From Pseudomonadota bacterium (GTDB lineage: Bacteria; Pseudomonadota; Alphaproteobacteria; UBA11222): DNA of 37,285 bases. Each line of letters opens with the position of its first letter. Position 1 is the stretch's first letter. The translations under genes and the position numbers were made by a program. This document shows positions 34,664 through 37,285 of the stretch, one piece after another. The stretch covers positions 1 through 37,285 of the forward strand of contig JBMOMY010000019.1 of assembly GCA_049323975.1 (NCBI GenBank), given 5' to 3'. Under the pieces are notes generated by a model, which saw only the letters and a list, made by a program, of their open reading frames with translations, searched no databases and was not told the origin of the DNA.

Positions 34664-35054
34664 GCGAGGGCAGCGTCGGGTGGGCCGGCGGCAGTCCGGT
34701 ATTTTGCGGACTTAGGAAGAACAGCGGCTCCTCCAGCCCCAGGGGCTGATGGTACTGATAGCGCCCGGTGATCAGCGCCAGACGGGTTGGTGAACATACT
34801 GCCGAATTGGCGTAGGCCTGCATGAATTTCATGCCGTCCCGCGCCAGACTGTCGATATGCGGCGTCGTGAAATCGCGCTGGCCATAGCAGGAAACATCCG
34901 CATAGCCAAGATCATCGGCCATGATGAAAACGATGTTTGGTCTGCCGGGTTTGGCTAGGGCCATGCGTGGGCCGCCAGAACCCGCAAGCGCGAGGGCGCC
35001 CGCCGCCGCGCCCTTCACGAAATGACGGCGATTTATCAAACTGTTGCCTGCCAT
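34656..35054 (-). pseudogene. Truncated arylsulfatase-family gene (N-terminal ~130 aa only, with Tat signal)
   Basis: Twin-arginine signal NRRHFVKGAAAGALALAG. Sulfatase motifs NIVFIMADDLGYADVSCYG and the CxPxR-type site SAVCSPTRLALITGRY, then …GLPPAHPTLPS and a stop. Full-length family members are several-fold longer. Confidence 0.75.
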
Positions 35055-35230
35055 GAATTTCCCCCGGCCGGCCCATGATGATTTGTGGTTGTTATGGGCT
35101 GTGATCCTGGCGCGGCGGAAAGGGGGCCGTCAAGCAGGGGTGCGTGCGGAGCTCGCTTCGTTATGGAAGAAGCTGCGCTCTTCCCCATGACGGTTGCCCT
35201 GTCAGGCACGGGGCTTTGCGCCAGTTCCCG

Positions 35231-36217
35231 TCACCGGTTCAGCGACTGCATCTGGGCCTCATCATAACGGCCGCCAGATGCGGCGCCCGGGGGAAGGATG
35301 CGGTCGATGCGCGCGATGTCGTCGCTGGTGAGGCGCACGTCCAGCGCCCCCAGATTTTCCTCCAGGCGCGCGGGTTTCGTGGTGCCAGGAATGGGAACGA
35401 TATCCTCACCCCGCGCCAGCAGCCAGGCGAGGGCGAACTGGGCCGGCGTGCAGCCCTTCTTTCGGGCCATCGTTTCGACCTCGCTGACGAGATCGAGATT
35501 CTTCTGGAAATTTCCGGCCTGAAAGCGGGGCGAATAGCGGCGGTAATCATCCGCGGCCAGATCCTCGATCCGCCGGATCTGCCCGGTCAGGAAGCCGCGT
35601 CCAAGGGGGCTGTAGGCCACAAAGCCGATGCCGAGCTCCCGCACCGTCGAGAGGATCGCCGCCTCGGGATCGCGGCTCCAGAGTGAATATTCCGTCTGCA
35701 GGGCAGAGAGGGGATGGACGGCATGCGCGCGGCGGATCGTGGCGGGCGAGGCCTCCGAAAGACCGAGGAAGCGCACCTTCCCCGCCCGGACGAGTTCCGC
35801 CATCGCGCCAATGGTCTCCTCGATCGGGGTCTGGGGGTCGACGCGGTGCTGGTAATAGAGATCGATATGCGCCACTCCCAGCCGTTTCAGCGAGGCGTCG
35901 CAGGCTTCGCGGATATAGGCCGCATCCCCACGCACGCCCAGAAACCCGCCATCCCCGCTGCGCTGAACGCCGAATTTGGTGGCGATCACAACGCGGTCGC
36001 GCCGGCCGGCGATTGCCTTGCCGATCAGTGTTTCATTGGTGAAGGGGCCGTACATATCGGCGGTGTCGAGCAGACTCACCCCGAGATCGATCGCCCGGTG
36101 AATGGCCGTCACCGCTTCCGCCTCGTTGCGTCCGCTGTAAAAATCGGACATCCCCATGCAGCCAAGACCAATGGCCGGGACTTCGAGACCCTGGGAGCCG
36201 AGCTTTCGCATTTGCAT
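35231..36217 (-). CDS. Aldo/keto reductase family oxidoreductase
   Basis: 328 aa. [24 protein letters not shown]…LLDTADMYG… and the C-terminal …[13 protein letters not shown]… are hallmarks of AKR11/13-type enzymes. Confidence 0.92.
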   Translation of the reverse strand: MQMRKLGSQGLEVPAIGLGCMGMSDFYSGRNEAEAVTAIHRAIDLGVSLLDTADMYGPFTNETLIGKAIAGRRDRVVIATKFGVQRSGDGGFLGVRGDAAYIREACDASLKRLGVAHIDLYYQHRVDPQTPIEETIGAMAELVRAGKVRFLGLSEASPATIRRAHAVHPLSALQTEYSLWSRDPEAAILSTVRELGIGFVAYSPLGRGFLTGQIRRIEDLAADDYRRYSPRFQAGNFQKNLDLVSEVETMARKKGCTPAQFALAWLLARGEDIVPIPGTTKPARLEENLGALDVRLTSDDIARIDRILPPGAASGGRYDEAQMQSLNR

Positions 36218-36378
36218 GTGCTGTTCTCCTCTTCGCTATGCGCCGGAGCGTTTTTCGCCGGTCATTCTTTTCCAGCCTGACCGGACTGGCCGATCAATCT
36301 GAGGTATAAAGGGCGTGGGGGAATTCAATCAGAGATTCCCGCATATGGGAAGACGGAAGACCCCAGAAGGGGGAGAAT

Positions 36379-36915
36379 ATGCGCAAACCGGATTCGAAAA
36401 ACGGGCGCCGCGGCAGGCTCGTGACCGTCAACGACAGGATGCAGCGGAATTACCGTTATGTCCTGACAGAGCCGATGGGCCGAAATTTCGACCCCGAGTT
36501 CAGGCCCGAATTGACTCCAAAGGAAATGCTCGCGCTCGGCGTTTTCGCCGGCAAATACATGACTGACTGCCGGGAGGAATTTCCCGCGGACTGGTTCACA
36601 CATGCCCGGTTATCGCCGGCGGGCAGGAAAACCGCTCTCAACTATTTCGGGGTCGACGCCAGCCAGCCGCTGTCCGAATGGCGCAGGAAAGGCTGGCTGC
36701 ATCCGGACGATCCGCGCGGCTGGTTCCAATGGTATTGCCGCTATTATATGGGGCGGCGGATGCCGGAGGAGGACAGGCGTCAGATCACGCGCTGGAAGGC
36801 GTTTCGCCGGCACGTCGCGCAGATCAGACAGAATTGCGCGCCGGGGGACCCGTTTTGCCGGCCGCGTCAGCGGCAGGCCCTGCTGCACTGGGCCTATGAC
36901 AGCCGCAGGATCTGA
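36379..36915 (+). CDS. Conserved-looking hypothetical protein (178 aa, W/R/C-rich)
   Basis: ATG behind GGGGGAG. Coding-like composition. The distinctive motif is GWLHPDDPRGWFQWYCRYYMGRRMPEEDRRQITRW. No family name can be assigned from memory. Confidence 0.68.
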   Translation: MRKPDSKNGRRGRLVTVNDRMQRNYRYVLTEPMGRNFDPEFRPELTPKEMLALGVFAGKYMTDCREEFPADWFTHARLSPAGRKTALNYFGVDASQPLSEWRRKGWLHPDDPRGWFQWYCRYYMGRRMPEEDRRQITRWKAFRRHVAQIRQNCAPGDPFCRPRQRQALLHWAYDSRRI

Positions 36916-37087
36916 GAGATGCGCCAGCCGGGAAGTAAGATTGCCCTGTCCGCATTCGTCAGCAGAGGGCAGAAGCAGCGCCGCGCAGGCGGGCGGCGGT
37001 TGATCCGCTGTGTCACCCGGGGCTCTGTGCCACCCATGTCTTAGGTACAATCCGTTACCTGTCTGTCCGGAACGTACATGGGAAGGA

Positions 37088-37164
37088 TGGCGAGAGTGAC
37101 GGGACTCGAACCCGCGACCTTCGGCGTGACAGGCCGACGCTCTAACCAACTGAGCTACACCCCC
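37088..37164 (-). tRNA. tRNA-Asp (anticodon GTC)
   Basis: The reverse complement folds as a 77-nt cloverleaf: GGGGGTG-TA-GCTC-AGTTGGTTA-GAGC-G-TCGGC-CTGTCAC-GCCGA-AGGTC-GCGGG-TTCGAGT-CCCGT-CACTCTC-G-CCA. The acceptor stem has two G-U pairs and CCA is encoded. Confidence 0.93.
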
Positions 37165-37285
37165 AATCCGTCCACCGATGTAGGCCAGAGGGTGTCTCCT
37201 GTCAAGTAAACCCATGCGTACAGGAAGCCAACATTGTCCTTGGCAGGGAAAAAGGTTTGTGCTTCATACCCTTTCAGGGTTTTGG

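Noticed and set aside
35055-35230. 176-nt spacer between the aldo/keto reductase and the sulfatase remnant, with small overlapping ORFs at 35085-35267 and 35144-35686.
   Set aside because: The ORFs are antisense or overlapping shadows with no motifs. The region is most simply the former sulfatase promoter and leader.
36610-37215. 201-aa minus-strand ORF spanning the tRNA-Asp gene.
   Set aside because: It reads straight through a well-folding tRNA and overlaps the 3' end of the plus-strand 36379-36915 CDS. Its composition is not protein-like.
1-37285. Search for CRISPR arrays, IS elements, integrases, prophage genes, or partial tRNA duplications marking an island near tRNA-Asp.
   Set aside because: No regularly spaced direct repeats and no transposase- or integrase-like translations were seen in any frame. 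The tRNA lies at the window edge, so an island beyond 37285 cannot be excluded.

Overview
This is a GC-rich (about 60% by eye) chromosomal segment. Its gene content and synteny look alphaproteobacterial, possibly Rhodospirillales/Acetobacteraceae-like, but that is an impression and not a search result. All assignments come from reading the ORF translations for family motifs; no homology search was run.

Most of the window is housekeeping:
- glnE, bcp, and an M23 peptidase plus bactofilin pair.
- Two tandem DUF1329 paralogs.
- gshA and rsmE, divergent from ubiA.
- A desaturase-like, methyltransferase and ubiD block, followed by a YecN-like MAPEG gene.
- pmbA and a cysQ-like gene.
- A PglF/WbpM-like dehydratase with a WbpL/WecA-like transferase.
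- A minus-strand NAD block: HD hydrolase, PTP-like phosphatase, NadQ-type regulator and nadABC.
- A PAS_5 protein, an Lrp/AsnC regulator, a TetR regulator, an aldo/keto reductase and tRNA-Asp(GTC).

Three type II toxin-antitoxin loci are interspersed. higBA is intact. The RelE-like/HTH pair has a frameshifted toxin. The vapBC pair has an antitoxin fused at a deletion junction to a truncated Tat-signal sulfatase gene.

The best candidate for something undescribed is the tightly packed operon at 29659-33278. It encodes an ELM1/DUF1022-like protein, a small 2OG-Fe(II) oxygenase, and a 658-aa protein I cannot place in any family, which seems to contain a four-fold internal repeat. The second candidate is the translationally coupled HD and PTP pair immediately upstream of the NadQ regulator.

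No CRISPR array, IS element, transposase, integrase or rRNA was seen.
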